Assembly (NCBI GenBank): GCA_965219415.1 | Contig: CBDCNP010000002.1 | Coordinates: forward strand, 5,056,001 to 5,120,000 | Source: Candidatus Marinacidobacterales bacterium | Lineage (GTDB): Bacteria; Acidobacteriota; Vicinamibacteria; Marinacidobacterales; DATDRI01 | DNA: 64,000 bases | Reading direction: 5' to 3' | Shown: positions 40,744-51,366 of the stretch, in pieces | How positions within the stretch are numbered: the first letter of the stretch is position 1 | Layout of the letters: every line of letters begins with the position of its first letter | Program-made: the position numbers and the translations under genes | Notes under the pieces: model-generated | Databases searched by the model: none | The model's input: the letters and a program-made list of their open reading frames with translations, nothing else | Told to the model about the DNA's origin: nothing

Positions 40744-43593
40744 TCAGGCGCGCGTTTGACCGCGAGGCACTCGTCTTGTTCGGGCCCGGCGCTTGCCCTT
40801 GCCAGCAGCCTTTGCGGCCAGCGGGGCCTGCATGCGCTCGTACAAAGCAAAGAGGTACTCGACGCGCTCGCGCTCGGACGTGAAGCGCGCACGGCGGTAG
40901 AGACGGTCGACGGCGCGGTCCAGCGTGTGATGTGCTCTTCGAAGATTCGGCGGCATCAGGTCGGGGTCGTAGAGATCGGCCAGCGTCGCGTCCGGGTGAG
41001 CAGCGCGGGCGTCGAGCACGGCCTGCGCAAGAGGCTCCAGTGCCGACAAACTAGCGTTCTCGCTCTTGAAGCCGGGCGGTGTCGGGAAAGTGTTATAAAC
41101 GACACCGATGGAGTAGCGGTAATCGCTTTTCAGTCGCCCGCCGATGTGGCGTAGCCATGCCATGTGCATGGCCGAGGTCAGCAGGGCGAAATCAGCCAAG
41201 GTGGCATTCTCAAGTACGAAGACGAGATCACTCGGGATAGTCGGTGGCTCCAGCCAGCCGGTGGGGACATACTCCCGCCGTTCCGAACTGACCTTGGGAA
41301 CGACAAGAAATGGTGTGGTTGGAAGAACCTCGACGTTGTACCGCGTCGGGTAGTCGGCGATTGCCAAAGTGCTCTTGCGCCTGCTCTGCGACCGATAACG
41401 GCGTACCGAGGCCATGCGGTCCTGAACAAGCGGCAGCCGTTTCAGCGTGTTTGGCGATGCCTCCTGCAAGGCAAGTATCCAGCGCTCGCCGCCCTGGAGG
41501 TATCCACGGGCATCAACGTATGGGCGAAGGAATGGCGCAGCCTCCGGTTCAGCTTCCAGGAACGAGACACGCTCCTCCGAATCAAAAGTGTAGAAGCCAT
41601 CGTCGATTGGCTGCGTGCCACTCACGAGTTTTCTCATGCCGTTGATTGGTCCTGCTTCCTTGCGCACCACGAGGTGCGAATCGGCCAGCGCGCCGCCATC
41701 GAACAGGTAGGGTGTGATCACGGCGTGGCGGCTTTCGAGCGGCTCCCCGTTGAGGTTCTCGTAGGCGAACAGCCTCCTGTCTCGTGGTGCATGCTCTGTC
41801 GTGTCCAGTCCGATGATGACCACATGCACGTGGGCCTTGCCGCGGGCGTCAGAACCCCAGGCAAACGTCCGGTGGGCAAAGGCGATCTCCAAACGGTGGT
41901 GGTCAAGTAACACCCGCCAGAGCTGCGCGACCTGCTCGCCTTGGGTAATCGAGTTGGTTGCGACGAAGCCGATCCTCGGTGGCTGACTTCTGTTCTCCCG
42001 TTGCGTGCGCCGCACGTACTCACCGGCACGAATGAACCATGCGGCCACGTAGTCGAGCGTGCCACCGCCACCGCCAAGCGCCGCGATGTGGCGCACCTGC
42101 ACCCGCTGATCTGCCGACTGGAACTTGGCTCCACCAAATGGCGGATTGCCGAAGACATACGAGCACTCATTCGGCGACAACACTTCACTCCAGTCGATCT
42201 CCAGCGCGTCGGCGTGGTGGATGTGCGGCGACTTCTCGATCGGAATCCTCGCGTAGGTCTTGCCGAACTCCAGGCTCAGCCGGTTGTTCATAATGTGGTC
42301 CATCATCCAGAGTGCGGTCGCGGCGATGCGGGCCGGAAATTCGCTGATCTCGATGCCGTGGAACTGATCCACGTCGACCACCGACTGCACCTCGAGCTCC
42401 AATTGGGTGGCGTCCGTGCGCGACGCTATCGCCCGCAGCACTTCGATTTCCAGAGAGCGCAGCTCCCGGTAGGCGATGATGAGGAAGTTGCCGCAACCGC
42501 ACGCCGGATCGAACAGGCGCAGCGTGCCAAGTCTGTCCCGAAACTTCCGCAGATCGGTCATGCTACGGCCGTCCCGGCGTCCTTGAAGCTTCTGGAACTC
42601 CGCTCGCAGATCGTCGAGGAACAATGGCTCGATCACCTTCAGGATGTTCTTCTCGGTGGTGTAGTGCGCACCCTGCGCGCGCCGGTCGGCCGGTTCCATG
42701 ACCGCTTGGAAGAGCGCACCAAAGATGGCTGGTGAAATCGCCGTCCAGTCGAAGCGGCTCGCGTCGAGGAGCGCCTGCCGCATCGCGGCATTGAAATCCG
42801 GAATACGCAGGGTTTCGGCAAACAGCTCGCCGTTCACGTGCGGAAAGCGCGCCAAATCCTCATCGAGCGCCGCTTGACGGCGCTCAATTGGCGTGTTCAG
42901 CACCTGGAAGAGCCGTGCCAGCCACGGACCGAGGTCGGCTCCGTCGACCGATGTGCGCTCCTCAATAAACTGGAGAAAGATGTCGCGCGGCTCGAAGATC
43001 CCTGTGTCGTCGGCAAACAGGCAGAACACGATTCGGACCAGAAACAGCTCCAGGTCGTGGCCGTCGTAGCCGGATGCCTTGAGCGCATCGTGTAGGTGCG
43101 CGATCAGCTCGGACGCCTCGATGTTGACTGGATCATGATCGCGGAACGCCCGGCGTTGCACACCGATGATGAAGCCGAACTTCTCGACTTGCTGGGGCAG
43201 GTCGACAAGCGCGAAGCGGGTCTCCTCGCGTTCCTCCCGGTCAAGCAGCTCGAACATCTGGAAATCGCAAAGCAGCTGGTAGCGGGGACGGTCCCGCTCG
43301 GGAAGCGCATCGAAGTACCCGCCAGCTTGACGGCGCGCAATGGACAGGTCGCGACCAGTGCTCTTCTGCTCGACCAGCAGAACGCCCGGCCAGAACAGGT
43401 CGATGAAGCCGTAGGTGTTGTCCAGTCGCCGGACGTGTTCCTCGTACCGCGCGACGGTACGCCGCCGGACGCCAAAGATCTCGAAGAACTCGTTATAGAA
43501 GCTCTGCGTCTCACCTTTCTCGTATGTAGCGTCCGCCCACTCGCGGGCGAAGACAGAGGCGCGCGCCCGGATCTCGTTCCAGGAAAGCCTCAT
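40744..43593 (-). CDS. MmeI-like Type IIL restriction-modification enzyme
   Basis: LSWNEIRARA..ETQSFY N-terminus, ID..VEQKS nuclease motif, FDPACGCGNF, GNPPF, GRLKSDYRYS. Confidence 0.88.
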   Translation of the reverse strand: MRLSWNEIRARASVFAREWADATYEKGETQSFYNEFFEIFGVRRRTVARYEEHVRRLDNTYGFIDLFWPGVLLVEQKSTGRDLSIARRQAGGYFDALPERDRPRYQLLCDFQMFELLDREEREETRFALVDLPQQVEKFGFIIGVQRRAFRDHDPVNIEASELIAHLHDALKASGYDGHDLELFLVRIVFCLFADDTGIFEPRDIFLQFIEERTSVDGADLGPWLARLFQVLNTPIERRQAALDEDLARFPHVNGELFAETLRIPDFNAAMRQALLDASRFDWTAISPAIFGALFQAVMEPADRRAQGAHYTTEKNILKVIEPLFLDDLRAEFQKLQGRRDGRSMTDLRKFRDRLGTLRLFDPACGCGNFLIIAYRELRSLEIEVLRAIASRTDATQLELEVQSVVDVDQFHGIEISEFPARIAATALWMMDHIMNNRLSLEFGKTYARIPIEKSPHIHHADALEIDWSEVLSPNECSYVFGNPPFGGAKFQSADQRVQVRHIAALGGGGGTLDYVAAWFIRAGEYVRRTQRENRSQPPRIGFVATNSITQGEQVAQLWRVLLDHHRLEIAFAHRTFAWGSDARGKAHVHVVIIGLDTTEHAPRDRRLFAYENLNGEPLESRHAVITPYLFDGGALADSHLVVRKEAGPINGMRKLVSGTQPIDDGFYTFDSEERVSFLEAEPEAAPFLRPYVDARGYLQGGERWILALQEASPNTLKRLPLVQDRMASVRRYRSQSRRKSTLAIADYPTRYNVEVLPTTPFLVVPKVSSERREYVPTGWLEPPTIPSDLVFVLENATLADFALLTSAMHMAWLRHIGGRLKSDYRYSIGVVYNTFPTPPGFKSENASLSALEPLAQAVLDARAAHPDATLADLYDPDLMPPNLRRAHHTLDRAVDRLYRRARFTSERERVEYLFALYERMQAPLAAKAAGKGKRRARTRRVPRGQTRA

Positions 43594-45162
43594 CGCCGCC
43601 CGCCCATCGGGTGGATGAACTCATTGGTGGCACAGCAGATGTCGAGATGGACGGCCAGCATCGCGTCAGTTACCGCTCGACGAGCATGGTCCTTGGCGGT
43701 TGGTGTGTGGGTTGCAAATCTCATATCGGACACCGTGTGCGGGATGTCGAGCACTGGCGAGGCGTGCAGGTGATGTCGCCTCACGCGAGGTGTTGCCGCC
43801 GAGCCGCTTCTTCTCGGCCCCGGAGAAACTCCCAGCTCCAGCGGAGCAACGGCATCGTTCCCTTGAGCGACGAGAGGGATCTTGCTTGTGGCGCAATGTC
43901 TGAACGGCCAAGGTCAAACATTGTACGTGCCCAAGCGGAATCCCGCGAGCGTCTACGGGCATTCAGGACGGTGTGGGCCAGTACCCGCCCGCCCGATCAC
44001 CTCGTAGCCCTATGTCAACCTCTCGCCCGTCACCGGGGGTAGCGTGACGGAGCGGCTCAAGGCCATCGAGAACGAGCCGTGGGGCGACGATGAACGGGAT
44101 ACTCTCAAGCCTTGCTGGACCATGGTTGAGGCCAAATCGGAGGCAAGCGAGGCAAGTAAGGACATAAAGGAGGCCCGGGCCGCAACTGGACCAGAACTTG
44201 CTGGGCCAGCTATGCCACGGTAGGTCCGGCCGCGATTCTGGCCTCTTGGGTGGCCTCTTTTCTGCTGCCGCACGGCCCCGGTCAGCGCCCGTCTCCTATT
44301 TGGCCCGAACTTGGCACTCGAAAATCGCGATTAGAGACGAATACCGAAAATGAGGCCTTTTCAGCCTTTCTAGCGCGTCTCTGGTGCCACCTACCCCTGC
44401 AAAACCCCGCCAACCGCGCGGAAAATCTCACCCGTCTCTGCAGTGCCACAATTGGCCGGACTGTGTGGCGGATGGTGCAGTTCGGAGCTATCCGGTCTCG
44501 GTAAAAGGTATTTATAGAGTTTATAGAGTGTTACGTCGCGCTTTCGCCGCGCGCGTGGTGGGGCAATGTAGCGAAAACTCAGAGAAGCCCTGGTGCCTAC
44601 GTCGTTCTATCCTCTTGTACTACAGTGATTTAAAGCCATCCGTCACGTGCTGGTCCCCGCACGCCTCATCGACGGGGGGTCGTTCGAGTTTATTTGCGAA
44701 TTGACATTAAATCCGATTTTCTAGACGGCAATCTCAACCTCCTTGACGCCTGAAAGAGGGCCGTGTCGTAAACTCTCCGACGGAGGCTCTGCTCGTAAGT
44801 CATTGTAGTGAAAAGCTATTACGCCTCATCGATGGACGCGTCGCCGACGGGAACACCTTTCCGACTATCGCAGTCGTAAGGCTCAAGTGGGGGCAAGTGG
44901 AGCTATTCGGGTCTTGGCAGCAAACAAGCAGTAACGGTGCAAAACAGGTCATCAAAATGCAATTGGAGGCCATTTCGGAGCTGCATCGAGCGCTAATCGC
45001 TCAGTTAATGGGAAAACGCCGTCGTGTCCAAAAACACAAACGAACTCAAGACCCGCACGCCGCCGATGTCATCATTAGTGAGGGGCGATGCCGTTCGCCG
45101 ACTGATGGAGATCAAGAGCGAGCGTGGCTGCGGCCGCAGGTTGGCTTACAACGTGACCTGCC

Positions 45163-46824
45163 TCACAGCGTTGCGACGAGGGCACGCTGCTCCTCCCAAT
45201 CGTCGGGAAGCGGATGATGGAGGAGGTAGCTCGAGGTCAGCCCAACGGGCTGACGGCCTTCGACAATGGCACGGACGATGTCGGGGGCCATGAAGGCATA
45301 ACGGATTGCCTTGCGCACGCGGGCCTTTGGGATGGCGTCTTCGATGGCAATCTCCTCATAGGTTTTGCCCGCTTTGATTCGGTCAAGCCAGGAGAGGGCA
45401 TTGGCGATATTGCGCAGGAGGGTGCGGTCAACGGATTTCGTGGGGTTGCCCAGAACGAGCTTGGTCTCGACGCCGCGTCGACGCAAGCGGAACGGTGCGT
45501 GGATGCGGAGTGCATCCTCGCGAATGCGGTCGGGTCCCATAGACAGGCAATCAGCGAACGTATTGCGGTCGAGCAGGATGGACACAGAGCCTGGGCTGAT
45601 ATCGACCCGCCGGATGAAACGGAGCAGGCTGGCTGCCGAGGCACTATCATCATTATTACCGGAACACAGCCCGTCTAAAAAGCGACGCACCGAGGCGAGC
45701 TCTTGCATCGTCGGAGTGTGGATCAACGAGGCCGAGAAGGTCGTGGTATCCACATGCTGTCGGATGAGATGCACGACGGTCTGTTCCAGCATCGGGGCGG
45801 GCAGTCGCCAGCCGGAGAGGTCCTTTTGGCCACTGTGCTGGATGAGGCGCCGGGAGACGTAGTAGCGGAGCCGTTGCCCGTTTTTCTTTTTGGTGTGGCT
45901 CGGCGTCAGTCGGTCCCCGGTTTCATCGAAGAGCTTGCCTGCCAGTGGGGAACGGGTTGCACGGCCCTTCGTCGTGCGTCTCCTTGGTTTGGCAGCCCCT
46001 GCCTGCAGCTGCGTTTGGACCGCGTCCCAGAGCTCCGGAGCAATGATCGATGGATGCTGGCCCTCGTAGACACGCCTCTGGTGCCGGATGCGGCCGGCGT
46101 AGAGAGGATTGGTCAGCAGGCAGTGGAGGTGTCCGCGACGGAACGGCAGCCCGCCCGTTAGGGTTCCATCCGCGGCGAAGCGTCGCTTGGTGCGCAGTCC
46201 CAGACGGTCCGCGTCGGCCTTCACCTGCCGGAGCGTTCCGTGCTGCCGGTACAGCGCATAGAGCGTCCGGACCGTTTCGGCCTCAGCCTCGTTGATGCGC
46301 AGCGTGCGCTCGTCCTTCTCATAGCCGAGCGGTACGCGGCCGCCCATCCATAGTCCCTTGCGCTTGGAGGCAGCGACCTTATCGCGGATCCGCTCGGCCG
46401 TGACCTCCCGCTCGAATTGTGCGAAGGACAGCAGCATATGCAGCGTCAGTCGTCCCATGCTGGTCGCGGTGTTGAAGGACTGAGTCACCGAGACGAAAAC
46501 CGCGCCGGCCGCCTCGAGCCGCTCGACGAGCTTTGCAAAGTCGGAGAGGGAACGGGTCAGCCGGTCGACCTTGTAGACCACAATCTGCTCGACGAGACCG
46601 GCATCGATGTCGGCGAGCAAGCGCTGTAGGCCCGGGCGCTCCAGGGTTCCTCCCGAGATCCCCGCGTCCTCGTAGACGGTTGGCAGCAGCACCCAGCCCT
46701 CCGCTTTCTGGCTTGCGACATACGCGGCGCAGGCCTCTCGCTGCGCATCGAGGGAGTTGAAATCCTGTTCGAGACCCTCTTCCGCGCTCTTTCGGGTATA
46801 GATGGCGCAGCGGATTTTCGTCAT
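45163..46824 (-). CDS. Large serine recombinase
   Basis: CAIYTRKS, FNSLDAQRE, VYKVDRLTRS, AQFERE, recombinase domain NPLYAG. Confidence 0.92.
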   Translation of the reverse strand: MTKIRCAIYTRKSAEEGLEQDFNSLDAQREACAAYVASQKAEGWVLLPTVYEDAGISGGTLERPGLQRLLADIDAGLVEQIVVYKVDRLTRSLSDFAKLVERLEAAGAVFVSVTQSFNTATSMGRLTLHMLLSFAQFEREVTAERIRDKVAASKRKGLWMGGRVPLGYEKDERTLRINEAEAETVRTLYALYRQHGTLRQVKADADRLGLRTKRRFAADGTLTGGLPFRRGHLHCLLTNPLYAGRIRHQRRVYEGQHPSIIAPELWDAVQTQLQAGAAKPRRRTTKGRATRSPLAGKLFDETGDRLTPSHTKKKNGQRLRYYVSRRLIQHSGQKDLSGWRLPAPMLEQTVVHLIRQHVDTTTFSASLIHTPTMQELASVRRFLDGLCSGNNDDSASAASLLRFIRRVDISPGSVSILLDRNTFADCLSMGPDRIREDALRIHAPFRLRRRGVETKLVLGNPTKSVDRTLLRNIANALSWLDRIKAGKTYEEIAIEDAIPKARVRKAIRYAFMAPDIVRAIVEGRQPVGLTSSYLLHHPLPDDWEEQRALVATL

Positions 46825-46825
46825 G

Positions 46826-47257
46826 TCAGGCCTTGCGCTTGGGCGTCAGACCGAAAAAGCGTGGTCCCGACCAGTGTGTGCCGGTGATTCGCTTTGTGAT
46901 GGTGGTGAGGGACGGGTAGGTTTTGCCATCAAACCGATAGCCGTTGTCGAGTACCTCGACCTGATAGGTCCTGCCATTCCACTTGCGGACGAGATAGGTG
47001 CCGGCAGAAACGGACCCTGCGGGAGCAGAGTGTTTTGGTGTGCCGTTCGCCATGGCGGCCAGAGCGCGTCGGGTTGCGGCCGAATGCCCCCCATGGGTCC
47101 GGCATTGGCGTTCGTACGCAAGAACGCGGCGCAGGAGAGCGCGTGAGAGCGAGCTTGGCGGAGCGGACCCAAAGGTCTGCTCCCAGGCCCGCCGCAGGCT
47201 GGCGAGGTCCAAACCGTCCAGAACGACCCTCCGGCCAACTCTTGTATCCTGCGGCAT
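46826..47257 (-). CDS. DUF2924 domain protein
   Basis: GTYLVRKWNG..Y.SLTTITKRITGTHWSGPRFFGL; the usual partner upstream of this recombinase type. Confidence 0.85.
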   Translation of the reverse strand: MPQDTRVGRRVVLDGLDLASLRRAWEQTFGSAPPSSLSRALLRRVLAYERQCRTHGGHSAATRRALAAMANGTPKHSAPAGSVSAGTYLVRKWNGRTYQVEVLDNGYRFDGKTYPSLTTITKRITGTHWSGPRFFGLTPKRKA

Positions 47258-47525
47258 TACCGGACGTTCGCTCTTTTGCGCCGTAAAGTCCAGTCCAATG
47301 GGCGCTTCCGCGGGTGCGCAGTTCGCGGCCTGCAGCTCGTCCTGCAGCCGATTTGAGCCAGCCAGCCGTGCGTACCCCAGTGGGTCTGTCGCCCGCCACC
47401 CGCAGCCCAGGGGTCGGAAGCACGCCCCGCGGCGCGAAATACCCTGGATTCTGCGCGGATTCCAAGGGCGTCTAAGCTGCTGATTTGTGGTCTATTTCTA
47501 AAGGGCCGAGTTTTGGCACAGGACG

Positions 47526-48557
47526 AGGAGGCGTCGCTTCCACACTTCGAAGCCTTCCGCGAAGAAGACCCGCTTCCAGAGCGAGTGTTGAATCAGATCT
47601 TGGTGGGGGTATCGACCCGAAATTACGAATCGAGTCTGAACAAACCCGCGGCCAAGTTGAAGTCTCGTGGCACGAGTAAGAGTGCCGCCAGCCGTCACCT
47701 CGTGAGCCAGACGACTAAGAAGCTCGAGGAATACCTGTCTCGGCGGCTAGAGGAGTTCGAGCTTGCGGCACTGATGCTGGATGGCCTTGAGGTGGCCGGA
47801 CAGACCGTCGTCGTAACTCTAGGTATCACAATAGATGGAACGAAGGTGCCCCTGGGTATATGGCTGGGCTCGACGGAGAACTCTCGGGTGTGCACCGCGA
47901 TGTTGCAGGACCTTCTCGAGCGAGGCTTGCGCGTCGATGAGTCGATTCTCTGCGTAGTGGACGGAGGCAAAGGCATCCGCAAGGCACTCGTCGACGTTTT
48001 GGGGGACCTCGCGGTCATCCAAAGGTGCCAGATCCATAAACTCCGAAATCTTCGCTCGTACCTTCCCAAGTCTCGTCACGCCTACGTGCTCCAGACGATG
48101 AAGGAAGCCTACAAGTGCAAGAGTGCCGACAAGGCGCGCAAGCGACTTCAGGCATTGGTGTCGTGGCTCGAGCGAAACGGCTACGACGAAGCTGCCGGAA
48201 GCCTTCGTGAAGGGATGGAAGAGACACTCACGGTCGTGAAGCTCGCGCTGCCCGCCTTACTTCGCCAGTCTCTTGCCACGACGAACGCCATTGAGAATCT
48301 CAACGGAACCATTCGCAGAGTATCGAGAAACCTCAAGCGTTGGAAGAGTCCTTCCATGGTTCGCCGATGGACCGCTCTTGGCGTCGTCACCGCGCAGAAA
48401 AAGTTCCGGCGTATCAAAGGCTATCGCCATATGGGCGCTCTCGTTCACGCGCTTAGAAGCAAACAGAAATCTCTTGACAGCGATGAGTTTGCTGCCTAAG
48501 AGTATTCACAGGTGCCGTCGCTACCCGACCAAATTCAACAGCGGCCGGGACATCCCC
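47526..48557 (+). mobile_element. IS256-family element, 5'-truncated at an A terminus
   Basis: GVSTRNY, LMLDG, VDGGKG, QRCQIHK, TTNAIE; right end TTCAACAGCGGCCGGGACATCCC. Confidence 0.82.
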
Positions 48558-48756
48558 CCCAGGATTGAGGCTACTGCCGTGGTAACTGCGGTTCCACAAC
48601 TAGATCGAGACGTGGGCGGCGAGTGCGCCAGCCCCGGATGGACGCCATTGCCTCTTCGGTCCTCTCATTGGCTCCTCCTTTGTAGGCTCTCCGCCGTGGG
48701 ACTACAGCCCCTCAGTGACGCTGTCAACTAGCTTAATTCCCTGGGTATTAGTGTTT

Positions 48757-49047
48757 TCAGTACTTAGACGGCGGCTCGGCTCTCTCGGCTGTCTCGGTAG
48801 GTGGGGTATATATCGCGACGCGGCGCTTTGCGGCGGCCTCGGGAGTCTCTTTGCGTCTCTGGATCGCTTCGTCGGCTATTTGGTAGGCGAGATCGGTCAT
48901 GCGCTCGACCATCATCCCACCGTATCGGCCGACCAGGCCCTCGAGGGCTTGTCCAGCAAACCAGTCGCGCAGACTCATCCCGCGATTAGCTGAGTTCGGA
49001 TCGTACCCAGGAAAAGCTGGACCGCCGTTTTTGATTGAATCTGCCAT
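48757..49047 (-). CDS. Small phage-like hypothetical protein
   Basis: GGPAFP..GMSLRDWFAGQAL..AYQIAD pattern, familiar from small phage proteins; GGAGA RBS. Confidence 0.6.
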   Translation of the reverse strand: MADSIKNGGPAFPGYDPNSANRGMSLRDWFAGQALEGLVGRYGGMMVERMTDLAYQIADEAIQRRKETPEAAAKRRVAIYTPPTETAERAEPPSKY

Positions 49048-49455
49048 GGTTCTATCTCTCCTTTTTCTGGCGGGTGCGCCGGGCGGAGGCCAGGAAGGCA
49101 GGCAGGATTGTCGCCCCCCCGAGGTTCGTGACCCAGCGCACCCATCATCTATTCGACGTTTTTACGAAACCCTAGCGTAAGCACGGCGATCATGAGCATT
49201 CGTCTTAGCATTTGTTCGGTACTTCCGCAATTAAGTGTTGGCGGCCAGCCCCTAACCGGTCTGCGTGCTAGAGTTTGAACCAGAATTCCGAAGACACAGT
49301 TCTCTCATCGTCAGAGCCGAGCCGAAGTGAAGAATCGCAGATGTCTCAATCTCACATGTCCGTTGCGAGGCAAAGTCAGTTCCAGAAACATCGTTCGCCA
49401 CGGATTCCACCGAACCAGGTCCGGGAAGCGCCGTCGGTGCTTCCGCCATCAAGTG

Positions 49456-50898
49456 ATGGAATGGACTCCTCCACTGACATAGACGGCATCGATGTGCCAA
49501 AGTCAGTCGAATACGCATCGAAAAGGAGGAGTCCGAATGAAAGATACGACAATCGCTGTGGATCTTGCAAAGAACGTCTTCGAGATTGCCATCTCGGGAG
49601 AAGCGGGGAAGGTGTCCAAGCAACTCCGTGTGAGTCGACCCAAATTGGTGTCGTTCTTTGCCAAACAGAGCGCTGCCACCGTGCTTCTCGAAGCCTGCGG
49701 CTCGGCTCACTTCTGGGCAAGGACGTTCCGAAGGTTGGGACACGACGTCGTCCTGCTCCCACCTCACCTCGTGAGGCCGTATCGACGCGGGAGCAAGAAC
49801 GACCGCGCCGACACGAAGGCGTTGCTCGAGGCCTACAGGAACGAGGAGCTTCTTCCCGTACCCATCAAGTCCGTGCACCAGCACACCCTCGCTGCGCTCC
49901 ATCGCCTGCGCTCAGGATGGCTCTCCACACGGACCGCACGCATCAATGCCGTACGCGGGCTCCTGCGCGAACTCGGATTCATCATCCCAAAGGGCGCTCA
50001 CTTCGTCGTGCCCGCCCTCTTCGAACTCGTCGAAGACGCTGATTCTGATTTGCCCGACGTGCTCCGTTCGCATCTCCGTGATGCCTGCTCCGAGATTCGA
50101 GAACTCAAGGACAAGTGCGCTAGCATCGAGCACGAGCTCAAGGCGCTCACCAAGCAGCTTCCTGAAGTCCAACGACTTCTCGCCATTCCCGGCATCGGAC
50201 TTCTGGCCGCGACCGCCATCGTGGGCTTCGTCGGCGATCTTCGCCGCTTCCCATCGGGGCGCCGCTTCTCGAGCTACCTCGGCCTAGTTCCCAAGGAAAA
50301 CTCCAGTGGCGACATTCGCCGCCTCGGACGCATCACCAAGCGTGGCGACTCCTACCTCCGTATGCTCCTCACCCAGGGCGGGCGCGCCGTGCTCCGCGCG
50401 GCGAACGTCAGCAAGAGCCCGCCCGACAAGCTCCGCGCCTGGGCTCGGAAGGTCCACCGCTCGCGGGGACACAACAAGGCCGTGATTGCTGTCGCCAACA
50501 AACTCGCCCGGATCGTCTGGGCCGTCTCCACCCGCGAGAGTGAATTCCAGTCGCCGGTGGCCGCTTAGATTTAGAGGCTCCACTTTCGTGTTTTCCTTTT
50601 TCCCTTCCAAAAGAGGCTGCGACGATACCCATCCAACTGATGGCGTACCGGTCGGACCGGCGCGGGGTCAAGCCAATAGCAACACTGGCCCTAAGAGGTC
50701 GTTCAAAGTGATTGGCTCCTCGCGCGCGGATTTTCCATCATGGCCCGGAGCACCCAAGACGCTCCTCACTGAGGCCGAAGATACGTTTGCAGTCTGACCC
50801 ACTCGTCACGACGCGATGGATGCGCAGCTTCGATGGAAGATTTATTAAGAAAGGGGCGTGACTAGAAAGAAAGGGGCTTGACTAGAGGAGTCCAGATA
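49456..50898 (+). mobile_element. IS110 family (IS1111 type), copy 3
   Basis: Same 1443-bp element, inserted at the TG core of an IS1-like left IR. Confidence 0.93.
49537..50568 (+). CDS. IS110 transposase/bridge recombinase
   Basis: Same protein as the other copies. Confidence 0.93.
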   Translation: MKDTTIAVDLAKNVFEIAISGEAGKVSKQLRVSRPKLVSFFAKQSAATVLLEACGSAHFWARTFRRLGHDVVLLPPHLVRPYRRGSKNDRADTKALLEAYRNEELLPVPIKSVHQHTLAALHRLRSGWLSTRTARINAVRGLLRELGFIIPKGAHFVVPALFELVEDADSDLPDVLRSHLRDACSEIRELKDKCASIEHELKALTKQLPEVQRLLAIPGIGLLAATAIVGFVGDLRRFPSGRRFSSYLGLVPKENSSGDIRRLGRITKRGDSYLRMLLTQGGRAVLRAANVSKSPPDKLRAWARKVHRSRGHNKAVIAVANKLARIVWAVSTRESEFQSPVAA

Positions 50899-51366
50899 TG
50901 TTGGCGGCCGCCGCGTAACCTGTTCGCGTGCTAGAGTCTTAGCCTGATTTCGAGAGGCGCAGTTCTTTCGTCGATGCCGGCTGGGCCGAGTTTTGGCACA
51001 GGACGCGATCCCGTATGGTGCAAATAGTACGTCGAGCTCGCGTCGGCCTGTGGAGGGTTGATGACCGGATCTGCGCAAAGCGAGGATTCGATGGGCCGCG
51101 AGCCGAGGTCAATGCCACGACGATACGAAACCCACGGGGCGGCTCGGACGGCACTCGACGCTGGGCCCATCCGCGTCCTGGTCCTGGGGAAAATCGTCTA
51201 GCAAACGGTTGCCGAGACCCTGGTGATTTCTCCTGCACAGGCCTGGATCCGATGGCATCGTCAGACATATCGCCCCTTATCCAAGCACATTTGCCACGTC
51301 GGCTCGCTTGACCGGCGCATAGGCGCCCCGTAGGATACCGTAGGCCTCACCGAAAAGGAGCTTCCG

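Larger units (their letters stand above)
44466..47525. mobile_element. Serine recombinase-DUF2924 unit, intact copy 2
   Basis: Repeat of 10857-14606; the gene pair lies between a C end (45020) and an A end (47525). Confidence 0.8.
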
